Of a stretch of DNA of 64,000 nt, positions 1-12,253 are shown piece by piece. Below the pieces are notes generated by a model that saw nothing but the letters and a program-made list of their open reading frames with translations, was not told where the DNA came from and made no database searches. The position numbers were made by a program, and so were the translations under genes. Source of the stretch: Bilabrum cf. latius (taxonomy: Eukaryota); the NCBI GenBank assembly GCA_965178125.1, contig OZ237758.1, positions 310,001 to 374,000 of the forward strand, written 5' to 3'. Numbering within the stretch: position 1 is the stretch's first letter; each line of letters begins with the position of its first letter.

Positions 1-3000
1 GCGGCTTGCGTCATCCGTGGTATCTCTCGCTGCCTTGTCTGGCTGCTTTGGGGAGGTAGCAGAAGCAGCTGCCGTCAGAAATGCACCCTCTCCCTGCCCC
101 TGCCCTTGCTATCGACCAAGCTGCGGAGTGCGCGGCGATGTCTGCAAGGAACGCGGTGATACAGACCCAGGCGATACCATAGCGCCTCGCCTCACTTTCA
201 CCGGCTGCCTCGGTGCGACCTGGGCTCTGCACGAGCACGCGGCAGCACTGATAGCGGCCGCTACCCACGCGGGATGCCCGGGCAGGAAGCACATGTACCT
301 CGATTTATGGCTACTACTGGCGGAGCCCGCACCACCCGTTGGCCCACTGGAGCCAGGAGCAGATCCACCTGCTAGCTGCGCCCCCGATTCCACCCCCATC
401 ACAGAGTATGCCATCCGCTCGACCCCGATGGGCTGTCTCGAAGCCTGCCTCTCGATAGCCGCTTCGAGGATGCTGACCCTCGCAGACCACTGTCGCCAAC
501 ACCCCTGGATGGTGGCCGCAGCTCCGTGCTTACGACGGTTGCGCGTGCGACGGATCCACATCCGCTGGACCAGGGTGGCTGCCTCGTACTCGCGTCGCTG
601 GTAGTGCGACAGTGCCAGCATGGCCTCATCTCCGTCGTATACCTGGGAGAGAGAGGACCGGCGGGATCGAGCGCTGGGTCTCGGCTAGATGGACTTCATG
701 ACGTCCTGCAGCTCTCTCTCTAGCGCCACCGCCTTATCTTCATCATCCGAATCGAGATCTTTGTCGTAGCGCGCGTCAACACCGCCCTCCTCGGTGCGCA
801 CGTCCTGCATCATTTGGTCCAGCGCCGCCATGGCCTCCTCCGCTTCTTCCGCCGCCTCGCCGCCCCGCTCCATCTTTGCCTCCAAAAAGGACCGCTAGGC
901 CGCCAGGCGATTCTTCGTTGCGATCATGGACTCCTTGCGCTTGAGCAAGGCGTCCTTGCGCGCGAGCGCCGCCAGCTGCGACTGCGAGATCCCAGCGGCG
1001 GCCTCCTCGAAGGCGGCGAGAGCGTGGGGGGACGAGGAGCGCCCCGCCCTGGGGCTGGACTCGGACCCGCTGGACAGCAGGCTGCGAGGGGAGGAGCGCC
1101 CATCCCTAGAATCCCCTGCCACGGCTAGGTCGGGCAGCTTGGGCCTCTACGCATCGTGGCCGGTTGGCGACGCGGCTGTGGCCGGGCGGACGCTCTGGAA
1201 CGACTGCTCGTCTCGATCGCTCGTCAATCCTCGCCCCTCCACCGTCTTGGGGCGCCCTGACAAAGCCGAGGATCGTCCACGAGCGGGCGACCTGGTCGCG
1301 TTGTCCCCGGATGGAGTCCCCCCGACCATCCTTGGCGTGGTCGTTCGCTTTGGCTGCAGCTTTGGGGCGCCTCGGAGCAGCCAACCCGAGAGGGAGGCGG
1401 TAGTTTTTCTCCTCCACAGCCACACCTTTGCCACTGCCTGGACTGCTCGCACAACCGCGTCAATGTTGTGCAACCTCGGCTGGCTGCCCCGCCGACCGGT
1501 TCCACCGGCCATCATGGATAGCTTGTGGGACCGATTGAGTCTCGAGCTGCGACCTCCTCTGCTGCCTCGGCTCTTGCCCATGGAGGACGTGGGCGACGAG
1601 GGGGGCTCCGGAATAGAGACGCTGTCTTTCGCAAGCCGCAGCACATCGCTGTCCTGCCCACGCCTCTCTTTCATCGTCGGGGTGGGTGGCGGCGCCGGCG
1701 AGCCGCCGCGGGAGCTGCCGTCTGCACTCAGCCCCGACTCGTGGTACCGTTTCAGCGCTGCCAGGAAGGGGCTGGAAGGGCGGCCGGTCCCGTCGTCGGC
1801 TTCGAGAACGCGACCGCCTGCAGCGTGCACCGCAGCGACCAGAACCCTGACGGCTGACGGTGTGCTGTCGCTCAACCGAGACCCCACCCCGCTGCCTCCG
1901 TGGATGCCCGTGTGCAGCTGAACGGCTGCCTGTCGCAGCCGGCCGTTCACAAAGCGCCGCACCTCTTCGGCTGGCATCGTTGCAATGCGATGCATGCGAT
2001 CTACCTCTGCCAGCACCACGGCCAGCTGTATGGCGTCCAGCATCAGTAAGAGCTCAGCGTCGGCGACAGCCTGCGAGCCGGGCGTCTCGCCGGCCGCTTC
2101 ACCCGCTTCGTTTCGGTCGGTCCCCTCCAGCGCCCGCACTACGTCCCCAGGGACGATAAGCCTGGGCGTGAGCCTAGGCATGGTGTCGAGAGTCCATGGC
2201 AACGATGCGGTGGCGTCTTTTCCGGATCGGATCTCGCTCAGCTGTCGCCTGGCCCGCTCGACCCCGGGTTCCTGGGCCAGTCTGATGGCAGCGATGGCTG
2301 CCTGCGATGCGTCTGTGCCCTCAAAGGCAGCCCGCCACAGCGACATCACTCGCTGCACCTCTGTTGCGGCTGCCCGGAGGTGCTGCGATGGCGATGCCTC
2401 CGAGGAAAACTGCGGGTCCGGAGCGGACAAAATGGGCGTGGCTGCAGGGGGCAGCGCGGCCATGGCCGCTCGCAGGGCGGAGGGTGGAGGCGCCGTCTGT
2501 TTGACCCTCTGCGTAGCCAAGAGCTCCCGCCGCCTCGCACTCATGGGCTCCACGAGCTCGCCTCCCTGGCCCGTTCCCCGCGCAGGCGCAAAGCCGGCGG
2601 CCGACGTGTGTTGACTGCTGCCCACACGGACGCTGCCTCGCAACCCCATATCAGCATTGCTAGCACCTGCCTCATCCATTGGATTCGAAGGGTGCGCTCT
2701 CGCTAGCTGGGTGGCGGCATGTTGTTCTGCAGGATGGACGAGATGCCCGTCCAACTGGCACAGCCAGCACCGGATCCTCTCCATCCCTCCTGGGTGACCT
2801 CCACCAGCAACCGATGCAGGCCCGCCGTGACCGGCGGACCCCGTTCCCCTGCGAGTCGGACCTGTTTCATCGTCATCGACGGGCCCCTGCCCCTGCCAAA
2901 TTCCACCATTGCTGGTGTGCCGCCCCATCTGCAGGCACACGAGCAGGCACAGCCTCCGCACGAGCCGCAGGATCTCTCGCCTGGCACTCGAGCGAATCTG

Positions 3001-4247
3001 CACGCTTCCCCCCCCGCCTGCCACCGAGGATGACAAAGAAGCCAGGCTGCTGGCTCGGTCTCTCATTCCGTGCGAGGACCTGCTCGCGACTGCGGGCAGC
3101 ATCATGGAAAGGGACTGCCTGTGACCGTGGTCCGCGTCCCCGCGCATCTCCATGCTGGCTAGTGCGGAGACCAGCCCAAGACCTGCCCGTCTGCCAGTGG
3201 TGGCTGCTGGGAGTGATGCCACTGCGGTCACTGCAGCAGGAGGGGCCCCTGTCGGACCTGTGACGCGCTTGTTCCCTGGTTTGTTCCCTGGCTTGGACGC
3301 CGACAGGCTCTCCCCGCGCACCCCCAGGCTGGAGGCATCGGCGTCGTCGGGCCCTGCCCGTCCGCCCATGGCCTGAGTTGCTGCAATCGCAAGGTAGTCC
3401 GGCAGCAGCCCAGCAGCATGCATGGTCCCATCGGCATGGCCCGATTCCGTTCCGAGTCCAGCTACATCCATGCCGCTGCTGCTGGGTCCGATCGAAGCGA
3501 AACTGCCTGCAACGGCATCTGGGCCAGCCTTTGTCGGCTTGCTGACCAGCGGCAGGAGAGGGTGCCATCTCTGGGCCAAGTGGACCACAGTTTCTTCGGT
3601 TCCGTTGGTCGCAGACGTGTGCTCTCCTTCACCATAGGCAAAGGAGGCGATGCTCGCTCGCGCAGTCTCCTCTGCCGGTGCCGGCCACAAGGCCCTCAGC
3701 AGGCCCGGATTCGAATGCAGTGTAAGCACCCGCAAGCTCTGCAGCTATCCCAATGAAATAATATCAGACCAACTTGTTAAGTGGTTCTCGTGGAGATACA
3801 AGACTGATAGGAACGGCATGCTAGCCCAAGCCGAGCTAGTGCCAAGACTCTGAATGTTGTTCCTGGCCAAGTCAAGCTTGATAAGGTGACTAGCTGAAAC
3901 CCTTGGTTGAATCACATGCTCCAACTACATCGGGAATGTTCTGTCTTCGAATATTGCCGGCAAACGCTCCAATTTATTTCCGTGGAGGAATGCTGCCTGC
4001 GGCAGAGACAGGGATCGCAAGCAGTATGGCCCAAAGTGAATGCAGACGCACGGTATTCATAGACAATAAAATACCCTCAACTCCTTACGGCAAGCTGTGC
4101 TGTCTGGGCCAAGTCGTGGTTCTCGCCTTGCGATTCATCCACCGGAGCAGCTTGCAACAGCTCAGACTGCAATGCCGCATCGTCAATCCCAGCAGACGCT
4201 CTAACGAGCACGGCTATTGTGGATGTTAAAATTGACGAGTCGTCCAT
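1..4247 (-). CDS. Leucine-rich-repeat + IQ-motif protein (LRRIQ3-like), 3' end runs off the window; one predicted intron ~4088-3997
   Basis: ORFs 1147-3735, 895-1122, 685-885 and 109-621 are one frame separated only by TAG. Upstream, in frame, are LRRs (AAFLHGNKL, LIKLDLARNNIQSL, LSVLYLHENHL, L*SLRVLTLHSNP region). IQ-like motifs AATLVQRMWIRR and AAATIQGCWRQW occur near 500-600. Predicted intron GCC|gtaagg...ccgcag|GCA; ATG at 4247. Confidence 0.7.
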
Positions 4248-4586
4248 GCTTGACGAAAATCTTCCAGCCAGACCCTAATCGTAGGTTGCCGTTGACGCCC
4301 CGACGTCGCTTCTGATCTTCTTCTTGAAAATGGTGTGGTCGCAAACTTTGGCTTGCCACTGGGTTGCATACTCTCTGCCACCAAGAGCCTTGGTCAAATG
4401 GCATGCTACTAGCCGCGACTGCCTTGACAACAGCGGGGAAGGCCATGTACCTTGGCGGCCTATCCACCACGCCCCCTAGAGACCGTGGCAAGCGCGTGCT
4501 TGAATCATGCATGCTGCTCGCGCTGCTCACTCGTCATAGCAGGCACACATCCGAAGAGCTGGATTTTCAGTCATAGCGGTTGGATC

Positions 4587-5447
4587 ATGGCAGGCGCAGC
4601 TGGATCTAGTAGCTCCAAGATCAAGGTTGGTATTCTGGGTGCAGCTGGCCGCGTTGGACGCCGGTTGTTGGCGTTGGCATCGGAGGATGCAGAGTTTGAA
4701 GTTGTCTGCGCAATAGTCCGAGAGGGCTCAAGCGCTCGCGGGAAAGCCGTAAAGGATGTCGAGCCTTAGATTAAGACAGGTACATCCTGGGAGCTTCTTG
4801 AATGCAACACGGAAGAATCGGTGGACGCTTTGCCTGACGTTGTCATTGATTTTAGCAGCGCCGATGCCATGGTTGCGCACTGCAATCGATTGGCAGAGCG
4901 AGGAGTTGCGTTTGTTTCGGGAACAACGGGGCTCAGCGATGCCCACAGAACAGCTCTAGCAGAAGCATCGAAGAAAGTGCCTGTTTTGTGGGCGCGTAAC
5001 TTCAGTCTAGGCGTGAACCTGATGCAGCGAGTGTGCGCTGACGTTGCCAAGGCGCTCGGGCCGGCCTTCGACATTGAGATCACAGAGGCACACCACAACC
5101 GCAAGGCAGACGCCCCATCTGGAACAGCGATGGCGATCGCGGAGTCGATCTGCAGCAGCCTGGGGAAGGACCCCAAGGCCACCCTGCGCCACGGGCGTGA
5201 GGGCCGCACCGATGCCAAGCGAGTGGAGGGCGAGATAGGCATGCACGCCCTTCGGATGGGCGCCGTGGTGGGCGAGCACACCGTCAACTACGCCTCTGAT
5301 TTCGAGCGGGTGGAGATTTCTCACCGCGCCCAGACGAGGGATGTCTTCGCGAGCGGAGCGCTCACGGCTGCCAAGTGGATCGCGGCAAAGAAGGCGGGCG
5401 GGGGCTCGGGTCAGTTCGACATGAATGACGTGCTGTTCGGCAGCTGA
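4587..5447 (+). CDS. dapB: 4-hydroxy-tetrahydrodipicolinate reductase (286 aa, one in-frame TAG at 4767)
   Basis: N-terminal IKVGILGAAGRVGR nucleotide-binding motif joins in frame across the TAG to DVVIDFS, VSGTTG, NFSLGVN, EAHHNRKADAPSGTA, GEHTV. Ends in TGA. Confidence 0.95.
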
Positions 5448-5667
5448 GTGGACGCGCACGAGTGCCGAGTACCTCGCAGGTTGGTGGCATAGCTTGACCC
5501 GATTGGTGGATGACACGAGCTGGTTGGTGGCATTTAGAATCCACGATTGCTCAATGCATGATTTTCATCCACCTTTTGGTGGTCTAATCCACGATTATTT
5601 GCTTTGCAAAAGTTAAGTCTCACATTACATAGCCCTCGTACGTATACAACGCCACAAGCCTGCACAC

Positions 5668-7734
5668 TCACGATCGGGGCGGCATGTCCACAGAGAGCGA
5701 GAACCCACCCGAAGTGGCCACCGGGTCGGCACCACGACCTGCCGCAGTAGCCGCAGCCGCTGCGTGGTCATCGATCGTGGCAGCGCCCTGCAGCTCGCGG
5801 GCCGGAGGTGCAGCAGACGTGTCGAAAAGCATCCTAGTGCTAGACCCGCTGCCGACTCCGCCAGGCACCATGGCCCCCCCTCCCCCACCACTGGAGCTAG
5901 AAGCTGCTACGGTCGCAACGGCGCTGCCAGCACCTGCTCCGGCTCCCTGCAGCGCGGCGGACCTCCTCTCCGCTGCAGCTGCCTCCGCCACGGGGACCCA
6001 CCCGCTGTGGATGGGCCTCCCCGCCCTGGCCTCCGCGAGAGCTACCTATTTGACCCACTCGTCGTCTTTGTCGATGAAGGCCTGCAGTGCAGCCGCGCTG
6101 GCCCTGGGGCCGGGCGCTGCGGGTGGCGCCATGGGTGGTTTCCCAGCATCTATAGAGCTCGCAATGCCGCCGCTGCTTGTCTCGGCATGGCCACCGTCGG
6201 CTCCAGGTGCAGCCGCGGATGCGCTGGCAGCGATTGAAACGCTGCGGTTGCTGCCCCCGGCCGCGACACCAACCGAACTGCCGCTGCCCTTGGGCGCAGC
6301 CGAAGCAGCCGTATTCGCAGGATGCACAGCATCTGCATCTTCGCCAGACCCCACCGCACCCCCAAGCGCCCTGATTGTGTCCCGTAGCCTTGCTTGATCC
6401 TCCTCGCCGGCAGCCGCCTACAGCGCCCTCTGTGCCAGCTGCACGGGGGTCGACCCACTGGCGTCAGACGCACTCGCTGATGCACCGCCTGTGTCCAGCA
6501 ACCACTCGCACACCCGGGGCATTCCAGACCGGGCTGCAACATGCAGGGCCGTGCAGAAATCGGTCTCGGCGACCGCCACATCGAAGCCCCAGCCCCCTTC
6601 TTTGAGTGCCTGCAGCACCTGGATGCACGCGCCCTCCCTTCCTCTCTCTCGCGCCTCCTTGTGCTCTGCCAGCACCTGCATGTGCTGCGCGCCCACCCCC
6701 AGCTCTCGCCCCTACCTGGCCTGCAGTTCCCTAGCACCCTCCACAGCACCAAGCGTCATGCCAGCCGGGGCATCCGGCGCATCCTCATCCCCCGCTGCAC
6801 TAGCCGGTGCAGAAGCTTCCGCACTACTAGCAGAAGATGAATCCCCACCTTCTTTACTTTCGGAGGCTCCAGCTCCCGGCTCGCCAGAAGGAGCGGTTGA
6901 AGATCCACTGTGCGACTATCCAACCGACCCACCTGCGGATCCACCAATAGCGGCGACATCCGCATATGTGTGTTGTTCTGACCCACCGGTCGTCTCCCCA
7001 GCACCAGGCCTGGCCGATGCAAGGGTGCCAGCACGCGCTTCTCTAAGATCCACCAATCGATCCGCCGGTCCCGCGGGCCTGGAGGACGCACCGAGCACTG
7101 CCCACAGTGGTGCCAGGCTGGGGTCGTCTGGGCGCATGCGGGCGCCGCGCACCCCCTCCCGATTGCGGAATCCCTCCTGCACCATGTACCTGACTAGGAG
7201 CCAATGTCCCCCCGCGCATGCTTCCCTGGCTATCTTGGCGACAAAGTACTGGAGCATCTCTCCGTCCCTGGCCGACTGAGTCTGCCGCACGATCTCCGGC
7301 AGCTTGCCCTTTTTGGCCAAAGCAACCAGGCCTGCGCCCTGCTTCATGAGCGCGGTAACATATTCTGGTGTTGATTTACGCAGCGATGCTAATCTTCGCA
7401 TTTCCTCTTCGGGAGTTTCAGTGGGCGTAAATACTCCTCGCCTCTACTGCGACCCGACTTGGCGGCCGCCGTCATTCCCGATCAGCCTTCCTAACAAATG
7501 GCCATTCTGGCCTGGACGAATTGGTAAAGCACTCAAATGCAGCGCAGACGGGGCAACTCTGATCCCAGTGGCTGCTTCCGTTTCGCCAGCAGGGACGGGA
7601 CGACCGGCAGCAGCACCCGTAGAGGGTCCCACCGGGGAATTATCGGCCAATTCCTGCTCCGCCATCATAGCTGCAAGCATAGACGAATTAAAAACCCGGG
7701 TAGCCGGCTTCGTGGATTCATTTGCCCTTGCCAT
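5668..7734 (-). CDS. Ankyrin-repeat-containing protein (~688 aa)
   Basis: Five ORF-track fragments share one frame, joined by TAG codons and ending in TGA at 5668. Ankyrin motif TALHVAARSGMPRVCEWLLDTGGA...GSTPVQLA. Confidence 0.7.
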
Positions 7735-7875
7735 GCTCAAAGAATTCGGTACTTTATGCGCGGTTGCATTTTCGAAGATAGTTCCGGTTTGGGGTAGTAC
7801 CAAAGTAACGAGCACTAAAATATTCAAGATTTCTGAGCATGTCGGCAAAGAAAGGCGTCCTTCGTACCAAGTGCA

Positions 7876-10800
7876 ATGGCAGAGCAACCGCCGCCCGGGC
7901 GGCTTGAGCAGTAGCTCGCTGTTCTCAGCAGATTCGGCGGGGATGGAAGCCGATCCCTGACGCAGGATATCAGTGTAAGCCAGCAGTGTGTATCATCTTG
8001 CTAGGAAGAGTTCGCCTATCAGGCAATACGTTTGACTGCATGTGCAACTGGTTATAACTATCGCAGCTGTTTAAAATACTGGAGGACTTCTCGGACACGT
8101 TCCAGGGCCAGGCGAAGGTAAGACTTGCGCACAACCACGATCTTGTTTCTTGAGAGCCGTGTGCTATTCTTTTTGCACATCACACAAGTTCTGTAGGATG
8201 TCCCGCAGTCTGTGATTGATGATCTGGAGGACCTCCAGTTTCAGGCCGAGGCCACTGAGACTCAGCTGCAGTCAACCGTGAACAGCTTGATGCTGCTGGC
8301 TGAAGTGCAATTCGTCGAAAATGTGAGGATTACCCGTCACCACGGCTGAATCACCGGGTTAACAGACGCATTTAAATCATTTGTGCCCCTATTATGACTG
8401 TGGTATCACGTTGACCCGCGAGCACCCCTTCACACATCCATGTCGCAGCGCGTCATCGACGAGGACGAAATCACCCGTGCGGACAGCGAGCGCAAGACCC
8501 AGGACTCGGCGGGAGAGGAAAGCAAAGCCGCTGAGGATCAAGACGCAGCCGCAGCTACCTCCTAGGCGAGGGGTCCCATGGAAGAGGCCTTGCTCGCGGG
8601 CGTGGAGGCCCTCTCCTTGGACCCCGTCTTCCTCGACGCTAACCCCGTTGAGGCCTTGGAGATGGGGACCCGCAGGAGGCACTGGCGGGGAGCAGAGGCC
8701 GACCAGTACGACGAGCCGCTGCCCTTTGTGATCGGCACCCAGGACTTCGTGAACAGTGACGACGTGGGTCTCGACGTCGAAGATGAGGAAGACGAGGAAG
8801 AGATGGCGGCGGCGGGAGGCTATGCCACCGTCGCTCCCACCGAAGGGCACGACCCAGCCGCTGCCAGCATCGCGGCAGGGGAGTCGCCGTTCGGCCCCGA
8901 CCCGAGCGTTGTGGGAGGCGGGTACGGTGTAGGACAGGATCACGCTGGCGGTGCTGCTGCCGGCGGCAATGGCGAAGTTCCGTACGGCAACGTGCCCGGC
9001 AGCGACCCTGCCGCGCCATACGCGGCAAGTAACTCCGCTGACCTGCCTCCAGATGGACAGTCCCCCTTCGACCAGCGAGGTCCAATGCCAGGAGGGGCGG
9101 CCATGGCGAGCGACCAGCCGCAGCCAACGGGTGCCCCCGCAGGAGCTGGGGGCTTTGGGACCGCGCCGGGGGCTGCCGCCGTTCAGGGCCAGCCACCTTC
9201 CGGTGGCGGCCACGTGGACGAGATGGAGGACGATTTGAGCAGCGGCAGTGACGAGGAGGGCTTCGGCGGGCCGGGGGTTCACGACGATGTGGATGCGATC
9301 GGGGGAGAGGAGGACGACGAGGAGGAGGAGGCACTGCTGGCCTCGGTAGCGGGCGGCAGGGGCGCGCCTGGGCCAGGACCTGGGCCAGCGAGGGGGGAGG
9401 AGGATGACTTGTCGGAGGACTCGCACGGCGATGGCGATCACGAAGCGGCGCCGCAGGCACAGGTGCTCGCCTCGCGTGGCGGGGTTGCAGCCGAGCTAAA
9501 CGCCAGGCTGGGCGTGGCTCCCCGACCCAAGCCAGCCGCCAGCAACCCGACGGCTTCGACGGCGGTCGTACCGCACGCCGACGATGGGGGTGAGGAGGAG
9601 GACGACGATCTTTTCGCCCCCGTCTCTTCCAGCTCGCCTGCCCCTGCCCCAGCACCGGCTCCTTCACGTGCGCGTGCACCCGCACCGGCACCGGCACCTG
9701 CACCCGCAGCACGCGCGCCCAGCAACGATGGCCTCGACGACCTACTAGGCGAGGACGACGGCGGCCTGTTCGGAAATGAGGGCGGCAGCAGCAGAAAGGC
9801 AGCCCCCGGCGCCAGCGCTCGGAGGGCGGTGCCCTCTTCTCGTCGCAATACGGGGGGCGGGGGCGGCGGCCTGTTTGACGACGAGGACGAAGACGAGATT
9901 TTCGCGCTAGAGGACGTGAAGCCTGCTCCCAAGGCAAGACCAGCGGCAAGCGGCCGGGCCAACAGGCCGACTGGGGCAGCCCGTGCCCCCGCGGCCGCCA
10001 GCAGCTCGTCTCTGTTTGATGACGATGGCCCCTCGGGGCTAGGCGGCATGGACGACCTCGGGCTGGGTGGTGGCGGCGGGGATCTCGATCTCGGATTCGG
10101 TGGGCTGGGTGGCTCTGGCGGAGGCCTCTTCGCCGACATGGATGGGGAGGAGGCCAGGCCGCGCGCGCAGCCAGCACCAGCACCCGCGAAATAGGACCCG
10201 CCCAAGCCTCCGAAGTCGACACCACCCACGAACACGAGAGCACCGGCACCGGCACCGGTACCAGCGCCAGCGCCAGCGCCAGCACCAGCACCAGCGCCAG
10301 CGCCAGCACCAGCACCAGCACCAGCACCAGCTCCTTCAGGCGGCATGGATCTATTTGGTGATGATGACGGCGGTGCAGACTAGACTGCAGACTCTGGCAT
10401 CGCCGGGGGACTTGGTGATGACATCGGTGGACTGTTTGCTGCCGATGAGCCAGCGGCCACACCTGCCCCTGCCCCAGCCCCTGCACCCGCTGTTGACGCT
10501 GCTGCTGCAGATGCTGCTTCCGAGCAAGATGAGGATGCAGGCAGTGGCGCTGGCATGCGCACGTCAGGTGGGACTCGCCTCCCTCCTGGTGCGCGCAAGC
10601 TGCCCTTCCCCATGCCTGGCGTGCGGCCCAACGCGGGCCCCCGGCCAGCCGCCGTGTCCCGGCCCGCAGCGCATGACAGCGACAGCGACGGTTGGGGCAG
10701 CGGTAGCGACAGCGAGAGAGATTTGGCGCCGCCACCACCAGCGCCGCCGGTTGCTGCGCCTGCGCCAGAGCCAACACCAGCGCCCGCAGCTGGGGCGACT

Positions 10801-12039
10801 CAGCCGTCAGGGACTGCGGCCGATGGAGACGATTCAGACGGGTCGAGTGATGGCGGTGCACCGCTTGTGTCTGCCACAAGTGGGACTCGCCTCCCTCCTG
10901 GTGCGCGCAAGCTGCCCTTCCCCATGCCTGGCGTGCGGCCCAACGCGGGCCCCCGGCCAGCCGCCGTGTCCCGGCCCGCAGCGCATGACAGCGACAGCGA
11001 CGGTTGGGGCAGCGGTAGCGACGAGGACGGAGCACCACCGCCACCACCACCAGCTGCGGAGCCGGCGCAGGCACCGGCAGCTGCTGCTGCATCGTCTGTT
11101 TCCCCCAGGCGCGTTCAGTTCGACCTATCGGGTGCCGCAGATGAGAGCCAGAGCCAAGCCTCGTCACCCGCGGCATCGGAGCCTCCCAAAGCCTCGCCGG
11201 AGGATGCGTTCGGCGGGGGGTTGTTTGACGCCGGCACGGACGACTTGCCGGACACAGCGCCCAGCGGGAGCGGTGTCGACGACCAGGCGCAGGACTTTGG
11301 GACGCTGTTCGGCGCCTCTGGCGACGATGCTGGAGCGAATTCGCCACCACCTGCCCCAACCCCGACTCCGGCTCCCGCAGCATCCAGCACAGCAGATGCT
11401 GGAATCGAAATAATCAGTGACGATGAGGGCGATGCGGACGGCGGCTCCTCTGCGCCTCCCAGGCGAAGGGGAGGGCCAGGACGGCGAAGAGGGCGGGCTG
11501 CAGCAGCAGTACCGGCACCAGCGGCAGCCCCTGTTGCGGCAGATCCGTTTGGTGGGCAGGACCTCAGTTTCGGGTCCGGTGACTTTGGAGGGTTCGGCAG
11601 CTCGGCCACCTCGGGCTAGTCAGCGGCTCAGGCGGGGGAACAAGTCGCGCCCAGCGGCACTGCCGCAGCTAGCAGCGACCCGTTTGGAGAGCAGGAGATC
11701 TCGTTCGGGGGTAATAGTGACGAGGAGGACGGAGGGGCGCCGCCACCACCGCCCGCCTCTGCTTACGGTGCCGCTGGTGGAGGTGTCGCATCGGAGGAAT
11801 CGAGTGGAAATAATGGCAGCTCCGCGGTGGATGCATTCGGGGCTGGGGGATTCGGCGACTTGTACGGCGACGCAGGTGGCGATGCAGCTGGGGAGACAGG
11901 GGATGCTGGATTTGGCGATTTGTTCGGTGGAGGGGGCGAGGACGAGGATGGTGGCGGTGCGCCCCCACCGCTGCCAAGTGGAGAGGCCGGCGACGACCTC
12001 GATGGGATCTTGGGGGAGGAGAAGGGCCTCTTTGACTGA
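7876..12039 (+). CDS. WASHC2: WASH complex subunit 2 (FAM21)-like; exons 7876-7974, 8067-8117, 8197-8322, 8449-12039
   Basis: Spliced N-terminus LFKILEDFS...VNSLMLLAEVQFVEN|RVIDEDE and PLPFVIGTQDFVNSDDVGL match the FAM21 head domain. The long acidic tail has many LFa motifs (GLFDDEDE, SLFDDD, GLFADMD, DLFGDDD, terminal GLFD). Three GT-AG phase-0 introns and several in-frame TAGs. Confidence 0.88.
10568..11022 (+). repeat. 143-bp direct duplication inside WASHC2 (10568-10710 and 10880-11022)
   Basis: Two apparently identical copies, 312 bp apart, encoding GTRLPPGARKLPFPMPGVRPNAGPRPAAVSRPAAHDSDSDGWGSGSD. Confidence 0.9.
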
Positions 12040-12253
12040 AATGGTAACGCTGAAGGATGAATGTTTAGATTATTCCAAAGTCTTTAGCTTGGACCCAAAT
12101 CGCGGTCTTGATGTCACCTTGGTTTTAGCCGACTTTGCCCATCTAGATGCCGGTTCCTTTGCAATCTTGGGTTCGCCGCAGCGCACGCAATAGCGTTCGC
12201 TGTAGCAGTAGTACTTAATCTGCGATTGCTAGCGCGACGGGCAATCGAGAGCA

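Noticed and set aside
4587-5447. Bacterial contig or code-15 phage origin
   Set aside because: Spliceosomal introns and eukaryote-specific genes (WASHC2, CLASP, PHF5A, CTF8, importin) surround the prokaryote-like genes.
8639-11413. Long antisense or alternate-frame ORFs (914 aa, 448 aa) and similar shadows elsewhere
   Set aside because: They are by-products of GC-rich low-complexity coding on the WASHC2 frame and carry no motifs.
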